Part shown: positions 19,093 to 30,621 of the stretch, piece by piece
Position numbering within the stretch: position 1 is the stretch's first letter
Layout: every line of letters starts with the position of its first letter
Source of the DNA: a bacterium
Lineage (GTDB): Bacteria; Patescibacteriota; Minisyncoccia; Phycocordibacterales; Phycocordibacteraceae
DNA: 50,862 bases
Assembly: GCA_023269085.1 (NCBI GenBank)
Contig: JAHFML010000003.1
Location: forward strand, 1-50,862
Direction of reading: 5' to 3'
Position numbers and translations under genes: made by a program
The notes under the pieces: generated by a model
What the model saw: only the letters and a program-made list of their open reading frames with translations
Database searches by the model: none
What the model was told of the DNA's origin: nothing

Positions 19093-19182
19093 TCCCCACC
19101 CCCTTGCTTTTTTTTGGCGTGTATGGTATAGGGATATCGGATGTGGCATCCTGCCGCATGCTCTTTGACCTAGGAGGTCACC

Positions 19183-19827
19183 ATGAAATCGCTCTATCGT
19201 ATTTCCGCGGTGGCCTTCACCGCACTTGTTCTCTCAGCCCTCACGGGCTGTGCCGGTATCGAGTACATCCCGGCGCTTATGGCAGCTAGTCCAACGGTAC
19301 CGATGGCCACATCACCAGATCCGAGCTTCGGGTCGGGCCTCATTGCGCTCGCCGATAAGGCGGCGGGATATCTGGCCAAGCTTGGGTCCGGCGGTGACAC
19401 CTCGGACGCACCCAAGTCGGAAACGTCGTCACAAACACCGACGCAGGTTGCAGAGGACGGACTCCGTCATTGCCCCGCTCCTCTGGCTACCGTTGCGATT
19501 ACGGCCGACAGTGAGTTGTACGAAGGGAACGGTCCCAAGGACAACTTCAGGAGACTGGCAGTCGAAACGGGTTGTATCTCGATAGGTTCTCCGTCGGGAT
19601 CCGTTCCAACTGTGTACGCGTCGGTTTCGGAGAACCAACCGATGTGGACAATGCGGTTGGAGTACACGGTTGAGTACTCAGCGACGATTGCCGGCCGTAC
19701 TGTGAACGCAACAGGCAAAGCCTCGGGATCTGGCTCGGCCTATGCTTCCTCTGCCAAGAGGGCCGCGGAACAAGCTTTCGCGCGTTTCGTGAACAAGTTG
19801 CAACAGAGTCCTGTCGCCAAGAGATGA
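19183..19827 (+). CDS. Putative lipoprotein with weak CsgG-like segment
   Basis: Lipobox LTGC; strong AGGAGG SD; LRHCPAPLATVAI...TGC reminiscent of CsgG/HfaB-like proteins (weak). Confidence 0.6.
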   Translation: MKSLYRISAVAFTALVLSALTGCAGIEYIPALMAASPTVPMATSPDPSFGSGLIALADKAAGYLAKLGSGGDTSDAPKSETSSQTPTQVAEDGLRHCPAPLATVAITADSELYEGNGPKDNFRRLAVETGCISIGSPSGSVPTVYASVSENQPMWTMRLEYTVEYSATIAGRTVNATGKASGSGSAYASSAKRAAEQAFARFVNKLQQSPVAKR

Positions 19828-19846
19828 CCTTTTCCGTTTCTCAACC

Positions 19847-19872
19847 ACCCCCAGCATTGCGTCTGGGGGTTT
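19847..19872 (+). terminator. Terminator hairpin
   Basis: ACCCCCAG-N8-CTGGGGGT followed by T residues. Confidence 0.5.
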
Positions 19873-19936
19873 ACTTTTATACATGCTGTGCAAAACATAG
19901 TATTGGCAGTGGCGGGTGTTATACTTATCTATAAAT

Positions 19937-20983
19937 ATGAGCGGCGGCATCCACGAGAATTGGCGCGTCATCGTTGCGACGATACTATCCGTCGTCTTCA
20001 TCGTCGGCGCTTTTGTGCTTGCGCGCGGCGTCGAGTCGCCGCAGGTGGCGCAGGCCTCGACCGAGACCGAGATCTTGAAGGCGCTCGCGACGAAGGACGC
20101 CGACAAAGACGGTCTCTCTGACTGGGAGGAGTCGCTCTATGGCACCGACCCGCACACTGTCGACACCTTCCACCTCGGCATGACCGACGGCGAGGCGGTA
20201 CGTCGCGGCCTCATCGTCCCGAAGGCTATTACCGACGCGGCCATGGCGACCACGACAGCGAGCGGCGCGCTCGGCGACCCCTCGCTCCCGCCCGCGCCCG
20301 CAGACGGGAGCGTGACGGCAATGTTCGCCAAGAGCTTCTTCACCCTCTTCGCTATGGCGAAGGAGCAGAACGGTGGTGGCGATCTCTCAGAGGCCCAGAT
20401 GACCGACGTCATCAACAAGTCCATCAGCTCGGTATCCTCTTCTATCGCGCCGGCACCCGACTTCAAGAAGGCGGCAGAACTCTCTGTCGCTGGGGAGGGG
20501 CCAGACGCGCTCAAGAGCTTCGCGGCCGCGGCCGAGCTGGTCCTCTTCAAGAATAAGACCACCGCGACGACCAGCGAGCTCAACTACTTCAAATATGCGC
20601 TCATCGGTAATGATAAAGTCGCCTTCAAGCAGATGCTCTCTCTCGCGAAGGTCTATCGCGATTCGGCCGCAGGGCTCGCAGCTTTATCGGTACCTCGAGA
20701 AATGGCTTCGGCCGATCTCACGCTCATCAATGCACTCATGCACTTGAGCCAGTGCATCACGGATCTCACTCGCGTCGACAGCGACACAGTCGCGACTATT
20801 CTCGCGCTCCATGCCTACCCGAAGTACGCGACTAATCTCGGTGCGGCCTTTATTGCAGTACAAGATATCTACGCGACCGCGCGCATCATGCTCCCTGCGG
20901 GCACGCCGGGCGCTTCGTTTGTCGGCATGAATGCAAAGGTGACGGCTATCCGCGCGGCATCGTCGACCGCGGCCAAGAGATGA
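19937..20983 (+). CDS. Membrane-anchored protein with bacterial TSP3-like Ca-binding repeat
   Basis: N-terminal TM; DADKDGLSDWEESLYGTDP...TDGEAV. Confidence 0.75.
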   Translation: MSGGIHENWRVIVATILSVVFIVGAFVLARGVESPQVAQASTETEILKALATKDADKDGLSDWEESLYGTDPHTVDTFHLGMTDGEAVRRGLIVPKAITDAAMATTTASGALGDPSLPPAPADGSVTAMFAKSFFTLFAMAKEQNGGGDLSEAQMTDVINKSISSVSSSIAPAPDFKKAAELSVAGEGPDALKSFAAAAELVLFKNKTTATTSELNYFKYALIGNDKVAFKQMLSLAKVYRDSAAGLAALSVPREMASADLTLINALMHLSQCITDLTRVDSDTVATILALHAYPKYATNLGAAFIAVQDIYATARIMLPAGTPGASFVGMNAKVTAIRAASSTAAKR

Positions 20984-20984
20984 T

Positions 20985-22961
20985 ATGAGCACCCGCCTCT
21001 TCAAGCCCCTCGTCGCTACCCTGCTCATGGTTGCGTTCGTCGTGCCGGGAGTATTCTTCGTGGCACCACCAAAAGTACAGGCCGGCATTGCAGCAACACT
21101 TGTAGGTGATGCTACATGGCAAAGCTTCACATCAGCTACGAAAAATACGATTACCGCTATTGAGACCACCCTTACCGAGATAAACACGGCACTGATTGAA
21201 TACGCGACATTTGCACAATATATCAATACCTATATCCTTGAGCCGCTTGCATTCGTCATGTCAGGGAAGTTGATGAAAGCACTTACTGCCGCGACCATCG
21301 CCTTCGTTATCGGGAGGGCGAATGGCACCGGCATACCGCAGTTCGCAGTTGATGTGCAGAAGTCTATTCAGACCATCCAAGACAGTAAAGAGTTGAATAT
21401 CTTAAAGCAGATGCAAGACCCAAACTCGCCATGGTCGACCTCAATGCGGAAGTCCTTGAGTAAGGACTATCTGAAGAAGTCTTCGCTCAAAGGCTTCTGG
21501 GCGTCGAACATGTGCACGCTCGCGCAGTCTTCGCCCACCTATACGCCAAGGTACCTCGACGGCGACTGGCAGGCGGGCGGCATCGCCGCGTGGATATCAC
21601 TCACCACACAAGTGCAGAATAACCCCTATCTTACCTATCGGAGCATCAAGGAGCAGTCGAATAGCGTGCTCGGCCCCGGCGTCGGCGGCGCCTCGGGCGA
21701 GCGCCTCGCCGCGCTCGGCTGGGGGAGCGGCTATATGTCATGGTGCGGGAAAGTGGATACGTCGGCAGACAACGTCTCGAATGACACGGCGCATGCGTGT
21801 CTCACCGATTCTGGGGGCGATGGATATTTGGTGGGCACCGATTGTATAGCTTTCAATACGTCCTGTAGCGACTCGAATGGAAATCTTGGTAGAATGACGG
21901 CTAACGGGTGTAAGGCTAATGTAGAAGCTACTAATTTCGTCAATACGAAGGGTGTCAACCCGGGCGACCCATGTATCAATGAGGATGGTACATCTGGCGT
22001 TACTAAGACCCCCGGCTCGACTATCAAGGCGACTCTCGACAAAGTGCTTGGCGGCCAGCAAGACCAGGTCGTCCGCATGGGTAATATCGGTCCGCAGATT
22101 AATGGTATCCTCGGCAGCATCGCGACTATCATGAAGACGGTTCTATTCGCTCAACAGATCTTGGGCGGTAACGACGCTGATTCGTCAGGCGGCCTCCTCG
22201 GGGCTGGCTCAACGGCGCCGGGCCGCTCGACCTCACTGCTCGACGCGTATGCGAACTCCTCGACGCTTGGGGTCACGGGTGCTGGTGTCATGAAGAGTGC
22301 CGCAACGGCGCCTATCTCGGGCGATGAAATGACAAAGCGTATCACAAATTATCTCGCGTCATGGAATACGATAAAGATCAATGCGAATATCGCTGCCTCC
22401 TCGACCGTCGCGCTCTCGCAGTTCTGTGTCGCCGCGGCAAATACATCTGCGCTCAGTATATGGAACGCACAGCATGCGGAAACGACCTTCGGCCAGATCC
22501 CCGTAGCGACGCCTGCAGACCTCGCCGCCATTCACTCGCCCTTCATCGACGGAGCGCGAGATCAGGCGCAGGTGGCGCAGGACACCTATCTGAATCAGAT
22601 TTATCCAATCTTAAATCAGGTCAAGGTGGCATCCTCGACCGCCGCCACGGCGACGGCAATGGTGAAGAAGGTCCAGAGCGAGTTGGCCACGACGGGGAGT
22701 ACTGACCAGAGCGTCGCCGCAACGAATACGGCCTACCTCGCGGATGTCCAGACACTCAGCACGATGTCGCCGACTGATAGGGATGTGGTGACGGTGCAAT
22801 TCGACGCACAATCGACCGGCGCCGCACAGGCGAGCCCGGCAGAGTCGCTCACGGTCTCGGGCGGCACGACGATCGATCGGATGAACCTCATCACCGCGAA
22901 CGCGGCGGCGCTGAAGACCAGCGTCTGTACCGAGAAGCCAGTCTTGAACTTCGGCGGATAA
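20985..22961 (+). CDS. Large secreted CPR-type protein with Cys-rich inserts, in a VirB6-like operon
   Basis: Signal peptide ending PKVQA; NNPY, WGSGYMSWC and TPGS motifs; 1 nt after the upstream stop. Confidence 0.7.
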   Translation: MSTRLFKPLVATLLMVAFVVPGVFFVAPPKVQAGIAATLVGDATWQSFTSATKNTITAIETTLTEINTALIEYATFAQYINTYILEPLAFVMSGKLMKALTAATIAFVIGRANGTGIPQFAVDVQKSIQTIQDSKELNILKQMQDPNSPWSTSMRKSLSKDYLKKSSLKGFWASNMCTLAQSSPTYTPRYLDGDWQAGGIAAWISLTTQVQNNPYLTYRSIKEQSNSVLGPGVGGASGERLAALGWGSGYMSWCGKVDTSADNVSNDTAHACLTDSGGDGYLVGTDCIAFNTSCSDSNGNLGRMTANGCKANVEATNFVNTKGVNPGDPCINEDGTSGVTKTPGSTIKATLDKVLGGQQDQVVRMGNIGPQINGILGSIATIMKTVLFAQQILGGNDADSSGGLLGAGSTAPGRSTSLLDAYANSSTLGVTGAGVMKSAATAPISGDEMTKRITNYLASWNTIKINANIAASSTVALSQFCVAAANTSALSIWNAQHAETTFGQIPVATPADLAAIHSPFIDGARDQAQVAQDTYLNQIYPILNQVKVASSTAATATAMVKKVQSELATTGSTDQSVAATNTAYLADVQTLSTMSPTDRDVVTVQFDAQSTGAAQASPAESLTVSGGTTIDRMNLITANAAALKTSVCTEKPVLNFGG

Positions 22962-22965
22962 TGTT

Positions 22966-25335
22966 ATGAAAAAATTCCTTACCATAAGCATCTTCTCGCT
23001 TCTCGTCGCGCTCACCGCGCCGCATGCGGCGTTTGCCGACACAACTTCTTGTTTATTTGATACAGACTGCGGGGCTGGCGGTAAATGCGACACGAGTACG
23101 GGCTATTGTGCCACAGGGTCAACAGCTGGAGATACAATCGGTGCGTCGTGTAGTGACATGAACGGCAATAATGGGACGATGACATCGACCGGCTGTGTCG
23201 CGAACACTAAGGATCCGAGCTATGTAGCTTCGCCGGGCGCGAGCGCGGCCGCCGCGAAGATGCCGGGCGACCCTGTTAAACCAGACCCGAACGAGGGCTA
23301 CAACTCGGCCATGCAATACATCATGATGCTCTTCGCGTGGATCCTCGCTATCGCGGCGATCACGCTCGACTACACGGTCTACTATACCGTCATCGTCATG
23401 GGCGACTATGTGAGCAAGCTCTCAGCGGTCGGCACCACCTGGCGCATCCTCCGCGACATCAGCAATATCGCGCTCATATTCGGCTTCCTCGCGGTGGGCA
23501 TCACGACCATCCTCAAGGTCGACTGGTATGGCGGCGGCAAGAAGATGCTCCCGATGCTCTTCCTCGCGGCCATCTTTCTCAATTTCTCGCTCTTCTTCGC
23601 CGAGGCGGTCATCGATGTCGGCAATCTCTTCGCGACGCAATTCTATACGCAGATCAACGGCGGCGTTATACCCTCCGCAGCGAGTCTCGCTTCGACCAAC
23701 ACCGCCAACGAAGTTATTTCGAATAAAATAATGTCCCAGCTCGGGCTCCAGACGCTCTATGGCGATACGCGGAAGGAGAAGAGCGAACTCTTCAACGGGA
23801 CGTATCCCTCGCTCGTCGGCTTCATGGGCATCCTGCTCTTCATCGTCACTGCCTTCGTGATGTTCTCGCTCTCCTTCATCCTCATCGGTCGCTTCATCAC
23901 GCTCATATTCCTCATCATCTTGGCGCCAATCGGCTTCGCTGGCCTCGCGGTGCCGATGTTGCGAGATAGGGCGAGCCAGTGGTGGCATGCACTCTTCGCG
24001 CAGACGATCACCGCGCCTATCCTGCTCCTCATGCTCTATGTCGCGCTCGCGGTTATCACCGACGTGAACTTCATGACCGGCTTCGGTACGAATTCGGCGA
24101 ACACGATCGGCGCGTGGACGAGCCTTGCCGGCACCGTCCCCAAGGTAACGCACTTCGCGGGCGTGATGCTGCCCTTCTTGGTCGCGATGGGGCTCCTCAT
24201 GGCGATTACCATGCAAGCCAAGAACATGGGCGCGGTTGGCGCCGCCCTCGCGACCAAGACCGCCGGTAAGCTCACCTTCGGCGCAACGGCGTGGGGGATG
24301 CAGAAGACGGTTGGCTTCGGATCGCACTATGCCGCGCGGGCTATACGCACGAGCGGTATCGGTGGCACGAGGACAGGGCGGGTCTTGGCGAACACCTTTG
24401 ATAAGGGGGCGAAGGCGAGTTTCGACATTCGCGCGACCAAGGCGCTCAGTGGCTTGCCAGGTGGCGGGATCAATGCGGGCGAAGCGTCGAAGGGCGGCTA
24501 CGATGGTGCGCGTGAGGCAAATATCAAGAAGCACGAAGCATACGCAACATCGATCGACGAAGCATACAAGGAGCGCGGCCCGAAGGCGTGGAATGACCGT
24601 TTTAATAAGGATGTGAAAGATGAAAAGAAGAAGTTAGAAGAAGCAAAAGAGGCGCAAAGAAAAGCAGAGACGGCACATAATGAAGCTGTTGCAGCGTATG
24701 ACGAGGAGAAAAAGAAGCATGACGCTAATCATGATGCTCTCGCCGACGAGAAGAAAAAAGCTGAAGATAAAGAAAAACAGCACAAGGACAAGCTTGATCT
24801 TCTTGAAGAAGAAGAAAAGACGCGGATCAAATTCCAAACGAAAAATTCTCCAGAAGAACAGCGCCAGCTCGATACAGCTCGCCAAGAGCACAAGGCGAGT
24901 CAAGAGACTCTTGCTGCGGTGAGCGGAAATCTCGCAAGCGCCGCGAAAAGTCTCGGAGACGCACAAAAAGCAAAAGAAGGCACCGAGAAAGCGAAGAAAA
25001 CGACAGAAGAAGTACTAAAGGTCGTGGCACAAGCCCCAGAGGAGAGAGTAAAGAAAGAAAAGAATGCTAGAAAAGAGGCCTACGCGAGCAACATTGACAC
25101 CGGGTTCCTCGAGAACGCACCGATGTGGGGTGTGAACCTTGGGCTCTATGGCTCTGGTGGCTCGGTCGCGGCAAGAAAGATACTCGCTAGTATGAAAGAA
25201 AAGACCGACGCACAAAAAATTGAGGACATGATGAAGAAGCTCGGAAAAGCTGCAACAGAAGCAGAAACAAAAGCCAAAACAGAGAGCGCGCCAAAAGAAG
25301 AGAAGCCGGCAGAACACGCGCCGACCGTCGCCTGA
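22966..25335 (+). CDS. TrbL/VirB6-like polytopic membrane protein with C-terminal coiled coil
   Basis: Signal peptide; WRILRDISNIALIF, AAIFLNFSLFF..VIDVGN, GRFITLIFLIILAPIGF...SQWWHALF; K/E-rich tail. Confidence 0.72.
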   Translation: MKKFLTISIFSLLVALTAPHAAFADTTSCLFDTDCGAGGKCDTSTGYCATGSTAGDTIGASCSDMNGNNGTMTSTGCVANTKDPSYVASPGASAAAAKMPGDPVKPDPNEGYNSAMQYIMMLFAWILAIAAITLDYTVYYTVIVMGDYVSKLSAVGTTWRILRDISNIALIFGFLAVGITTILKVDWYGGGKKMLPMLFLAAIFLNFSLFFAEAVIDVGNLFATQFYTQINGGVIPSAASLASTNTANEVISNKIMSQLGLQTLYGDTRKEKSELFNGTYPSLVGFMGILLFIVTAFVMFSLSFILIGRFITLIFLIILAPIGFAGLAVPMLRDRASQWWHALFAQTITAPILLLMLYVALAVITDVNFMTGFGTNSANTIGAWTSLAGTVPKVTHFAGVMLPFLVAMGLLMAITMQAKNMGAVGAALATKTAGKLTFGATAWGMQKTVGFGSHYAARAIRTSGIGGTRTGRVLANTFDKGAKASFDIRATKALSGLPGGGINAGEASKGGYDGAREANIKKHEAYATSIDEAYKERGPKAWNDRFNKDVKDEKKKLEEAKEAQRKAETAHNEAVAAYDEEKKKHDANHDALADEKKKAEDKEKQHKDKLDLLEEEEKTRIKFQTKNSPEEQRQLDTARQEHKASQETLAAVSGNLASAAKSLGDAQKAKEGTEKAKKTTEEVLKVVAQAPEERVKKEKNARKEAYASNIDTGFLENAPMWGVNLGLYGSGGSVAARKILASMKEKTDAQKIEDMMKKLGKAATEAETKAKTESAPKEEKPAEHAPTVA

Positions 25336-25355
25336 TTAGTACTAGGAAATAAAGT

Positions 25356-25913
25356 ATGGAACCAACTACCCAAAACGAACCGACCCTTGATGAGAGCCTC
25401 GCACAGGTGATGCAGACCTTGCCGCCAGTTATTCGAAAATATCTCGCAGAAGAGAGATACACGCCGATCGCAAGGGAGCTGATGGCGAAGTATCAACTCC
25501 GGCTCGATCAGGGCGGCATCCTTGAGCGCGAGATCATGCTCCTCCTCATGGGCATCGAGACGCCCGACGAATTCATGAAGGCGCTCGGCAACGAGGCGCA
25601 CTTGAGCGCCGATACCGTGAAGCGTGTCACGAACGACGTGAATGAGATGATCTTCATCCCGCTCCGCGCTAAGGAGGAGCGACAGGGCATGATGCCTGCT
25701 CCCGAGCCAGTCGCACCATCCCCGATCGTATCGGCTCCTACACCGCGCCCCACGATAACCATTAGTGGCGCTGAGCCGGCCCCCGCCCCCGAGATGCCTG
25801 CTCCTGAGCCGGAGGGAGTGCCTATGCTCGCTCCTGCCCCCGCACTCGTCATTTCCTATCAGCGCGACCCCTATCGCGAAGCGGTCGAAGACGAGCCGGT
25901 CGACGAGGTGTAG
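25356..25913 (+). CDS. Hypothetical CPR-type protein with Pro-rich tail
   Basis: DVNEMIFIPLR core and terminal DPYRE motif. Confidence 0.7.
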   Translation: MEPTTQNEPTLDESLAQVMQTLPPVIRKYLAEERYTPIARELMAKYQLRLDQGGILEREIMLLLMGIETPDEFMKALGNEAHLSADTVKRVTNDVNEMIFIPLRAKEERQGMMPAPEPVAPSPIVSAPTPRPTITISGAEPAPAPEMPAPEPEGVPMLAPAPALVISYQRDPYREAVEDEPVDEV

Positions 25914-25970
25914 AGCGCAAAAAAGTTGCGTTTATTGCGCCCTTCCTCTATAGTGTCTTTGACCCACTCG

Positions 25971-25990
25971 CCTGCCTGCCGGCAGGCACG
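25971..25990. repeat. Dispersed palindrome CCTGCCTGCCGGCAGGCA(C/G)G in the rpsL leader
   Basis: Also at 48917-48936; variant at 50344-50368. Confidence 0.8.
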
Positions 25991-26007
25991 GGGTCTTCTT
26001 TTACTAC

Positions 26008-26415
26008 ATGTCCACCATCAATCAGCTCACCCGCAAGGGGCGTAAGGCGAAGCCGTCGAAGACGAGCGTGCCTGCGCTCGCGCGCGGCTTCAACGCGCTG
26101 CAGAACCGCCCGACCTTCTACGCATCGCCCTTCAAGCGCGGCGTCTGCACCAAGGTGACGACCAAGACCCCGAGAAAGCCGAACTCCGCTATCCGCAAGA
26201 TCGCTCGCGTCCGCCTTACCAACGGCATGGAGGTCACTGCCTACATCCCGGCCGAAGGGCACAACCTGCAGGAGCACTCGGTCGTCCTCCTGCGCGGCGG
26301 CCGCGTCAAGGATATCGGTGTGCAGTACACTATCGTGCGCGGCAAGCTCGACGCGACGGGCGTCGACAAGCGCCGGAAGAGCCGCTCGCGCTACGGTGCC
26401 AAGAAGCCTAAATAA
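26008..26415 (+). CDS. rpsL: 30S ribosomal protein S12
   Basis: [41 protein letters not shown]. Confidence 0.98.
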   Translation: MSTINQLTRKGRKAKPSKTSVPALARGFNALQNRPTFYASPFKRGVCTKVTTKTPRKPNSAIRKIARVRLTNGMEVTAYIPAEGHNLQEHSVVLLRGGRVKDIGVQYTIVRGKLDATGVDKRRKSRSRYGAKKPK

Positions 26416-26423
26416 TTTTCATC

Positions 26424-26897
26424 ATGCGACGACCACTTAAAAAGCAGCGAACATGGCGACCGGACTTGAAGTACGGCTCGGAGACGCTTACCCGCTTCAT
26501 CAACGCCGTCATGTGGGACGGGAAGAAGGACACGGCCCGTGCGGTCGTCTATGAGGCGCTCGAGAGAATCGAGAAGGACGGTGCCGAGGGTGTGGGCGCG
26601 CTTGAGACCTTCGAGACGGCACTGCGCAATGCGTCGCCTCTCATGGAGGTCCGCTCGCGCCGCATCGGCGGTGCGAACTATCAGGTCCCGCGCGAAGTCC
26701 CGCAGAACCGCCGCTTGGCGCTCTCCTTCCGTTGGATCATCAACGCCGCTCGTAATGGCAAGGGCAAGCCGATGTCCGAGAAGCTCGCCACCGAGCTCCT
26801 CCTCGCCGCCAAGAACGAGGGTGCCGCGATCAAGAAGAAGGACGACATGCACCGCATGGCCGACTCGAACAAGGCCTTTGCCCATTTCGCGTGGTAA
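26424..26897 (+). CDS. rpsG: 30S ribosomal protein S7
   Basis: EVRSRRIGGANYQVP, HRMADSNKAFAHF. Confidence 0.98.
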   Translation: MRRPLKKQRTWRPDLKYGSETLTRFINAVMWDGKKDTARAVVYEALERIEKDGAEGVGALETFETALRNASPLMEVRSRRIGGANYQVPREVPQNRRLALSFRWIINAARNGKGKPMSEKLATELLLAAKNEGAAIKKKDDMHRMADSNKAFAHFAW

Positions 26898-26955
26898 CTT
26901 TGCAATAGCAAAGTTATCTCGAGCGAAGTCGAGAGATTGGAGTTTTATGAAATCA

Positions 26956-26981
26956 AAAAGCCGGCGCATGCGCCGGCTTTT
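26956..26981. terminator. Bidirectional terminator after rpsG
   Basis: AAAAGCCGGCGC-at-GCGCCGGCTTTT. Confidence 0.75.
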
Positions 26982-27000
26982 GTTATGGTGGGTGGAAAGG

Positions 27001-27357
27001 TCAAGTAACTTTGGCGTGCATGGCCAGTGCGCACCAGAGAACTTTCCCCAAGAGCCCCTCCTCTTCGAGGGAGTGTTCGTGAAGCTTTCCATCGACGAAT
27101 TCTTTGTCGCCGATAACTTGATAATCCATCGCTATCGGCCGTTTCCCATCTCTTTCAGATATAAGGACAGACAATGCGGCCTTCAATATGGCAATAGCAT
27201 CTTCCAAGCTCTCACGCGACCAATGAGCTGGGTCGGTTGTTTGGACAAAAAGGAAAAGTTGCCGGTCTGCTTCCTGTAGGAGCTGTTCCTTCTTCGGGTA
27301 TCTGCGCTGTAGTTCGCGCAGGGCGTCATAACCAAGATCTGTTCGAGCTCCATGCAT
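27001..27357 (-). CDS. Hypothetical protein inserted antisense between rpsG and fusA
   Basis: GAGGAGtcaccATG SD and start; converges on the rpsG terminator. Confidence 0.55.
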   Translation of the reverse strand: MHGARTDLGYDALRELQRRYPKKEQLLQEADRQLFLFVQTTDPAHWSRESLEDAIAILKAALSVLISERDGKRPIAMDYQVIGDKEFVDGKLHEHSLEEEGLLGKVLWCALAMHAKVT

Positions 27358-27535
27358 GGTGACTCCTCGTATAAAGAATGTTTCCGCTCGGATAGTACTC
27401 CTCTGCGCGGAGCTTTGCAATTCTGCTCGATTGGGCTATGCTGAAGGGAACGCCTCCTAGGCATGCTAAGCATGACTGGACGAGCGTCCGTAACCGGACG
27501 CTGTAGTCGGCGCTTTTTATTTTTATCCTTATTTT

Positions 27536-29683
<2,148 letters not shown>

Positions 29684-29693
29684 GAAAAAGAGT

Positions 29694-29732
29694 AAAGCAC
29701 GCGGCCGCCCCAAAGGGGCGGCCGCGTGCTTT
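29694..29732 (+). terminator. fusA terminator (duplicated at 30830-30868)
   Basis: AAAGCACGCGGCCGCCCC-aaa-GGGGCGGCCGCGTGCTTT. Confidence 0.85.
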
Positions 29733-29758
29733 CTCATCGCCTATCCCCACCCTCCTCC

Positions 29759-29788
29759 TTTACCCCACCCTCGGGGGGGGGGTACGCT
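29759..29788 (+). promoter_or_regulatory. Putative promoter with G10 tract (TTTACC-N18-TACGCT)
   Basis: G run 29773-29782 directly before a TAnnnT box. Confidence 0.65.
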
Positions 29789-29820
29789 ACAGGTATATCC
29801 ACCGCGCATAACCCACACCC

Positions 29821-30546
29821 ATGAAAGAACTAACTCGTTCAACGCTCGTCACCATCGTCGCCTCTTCTCTCACCCTCCTCGCCTTCTACGCGATCAACGC
29901 TTCTGCACAATCAGCCTGGACTCCAGCTCCAGCTAACGCTCCCTCAGGCAACGTGGCAGGCCCCCTCACCACGGGCGCAACCGGTCAGAGCAAAGCCGGC
30001 AATCTCATGCTCAACACCGACGGCACCCTCGCCAACGGCCTCATCGTCGCGAATGGGAATGTGGGGATTGGGACAATAAACCCTGGTAGCAAGCTTGAGG
30101 TTGTTGATGGAACCCTTGAGGTTGTTGATGGAACCATCAGAAGTGATTTCGTTAATAATGCGCGTGGGAATACATTGACTCTTAACGGAGGGAAATCAAA
30201 TTTCCAAGTGTGGCATAATAGTGAGAAGTTTGTTAATTTGCTGAATACATCAGGGGATGGAAATGGTGCTGGATTTAAATTCCTTGATTACGACGGTAGT
30301 AGCGGCGGTGCATTGAACGTCGACACTTTGCCAGCGAGTATGGTCATAACGAATGCTGGTAAAGTCGGCATTGGGACGCCGAATCCAGCGGCTATGCTTG
30401 AGGTGAATGGAGAGTTCCGTCTCGGCGCCAATGCTAAAGCAGGAACGGTCTGTAACCTCGAAGGGAAAGTCTCTTTCGATTACAACTTGCATGCTCCCGT
30501 ATACTGCAACAATATCGGCGTGTGGACCGCTCTAGCCCATAATTAA
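29821..30546 (+). CDS. Secreted constant-N/variable-C surface protein, paralog 2
   Basis: Constant N-terminus to GNVGIG; second GKVGIGTPNP repeat; C-terminal C..EG...YCN...W module. Confidence 0.82.
   Translation: MKELTRSTLVTIVASSLTLLAFYAINASAQSAWTPAPANAPSGNVAGPLTTGATGQSKAGNLMLNTDGTLANGLIVANGNVGIGTINPGSKLEVVDGTLEVVDGTIRSDFVNNARGNTLTLNGGKSNFQVWHNSEKFVNLLNTSGDGNGAGFKFLDYDGSSGGALNVDTLPASMVITNAGKVGIGTPNPAAMLEVNGEFRLGANAKAGTVCNLEGKVSFDYNLHAPVYCNNIGVWTALAHN
30094..30135 (+). repeat. Perfect in-frame 21-bp tandem duplication (LEVVDGT x2)
   Basis: CTTGAGGTTGTTGATGGAACC twice. Confidence 0.9.
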
Positions 30547-30621
30547 CTGTTAGTGAAAGCACCCGCACAATCGGTGGTCGTGACGCGGAGCGCGCTGTGC
30601 ATACCTGGTTTGCACAAAACG

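Noticed and set aside
24600-25335. A-rich shift in the VirB6-like gene as a foreign insertion
   Set aside because: Explained by Lys/Glu-rich coiled-coil codons, with the frame continuous and no boundary repeats
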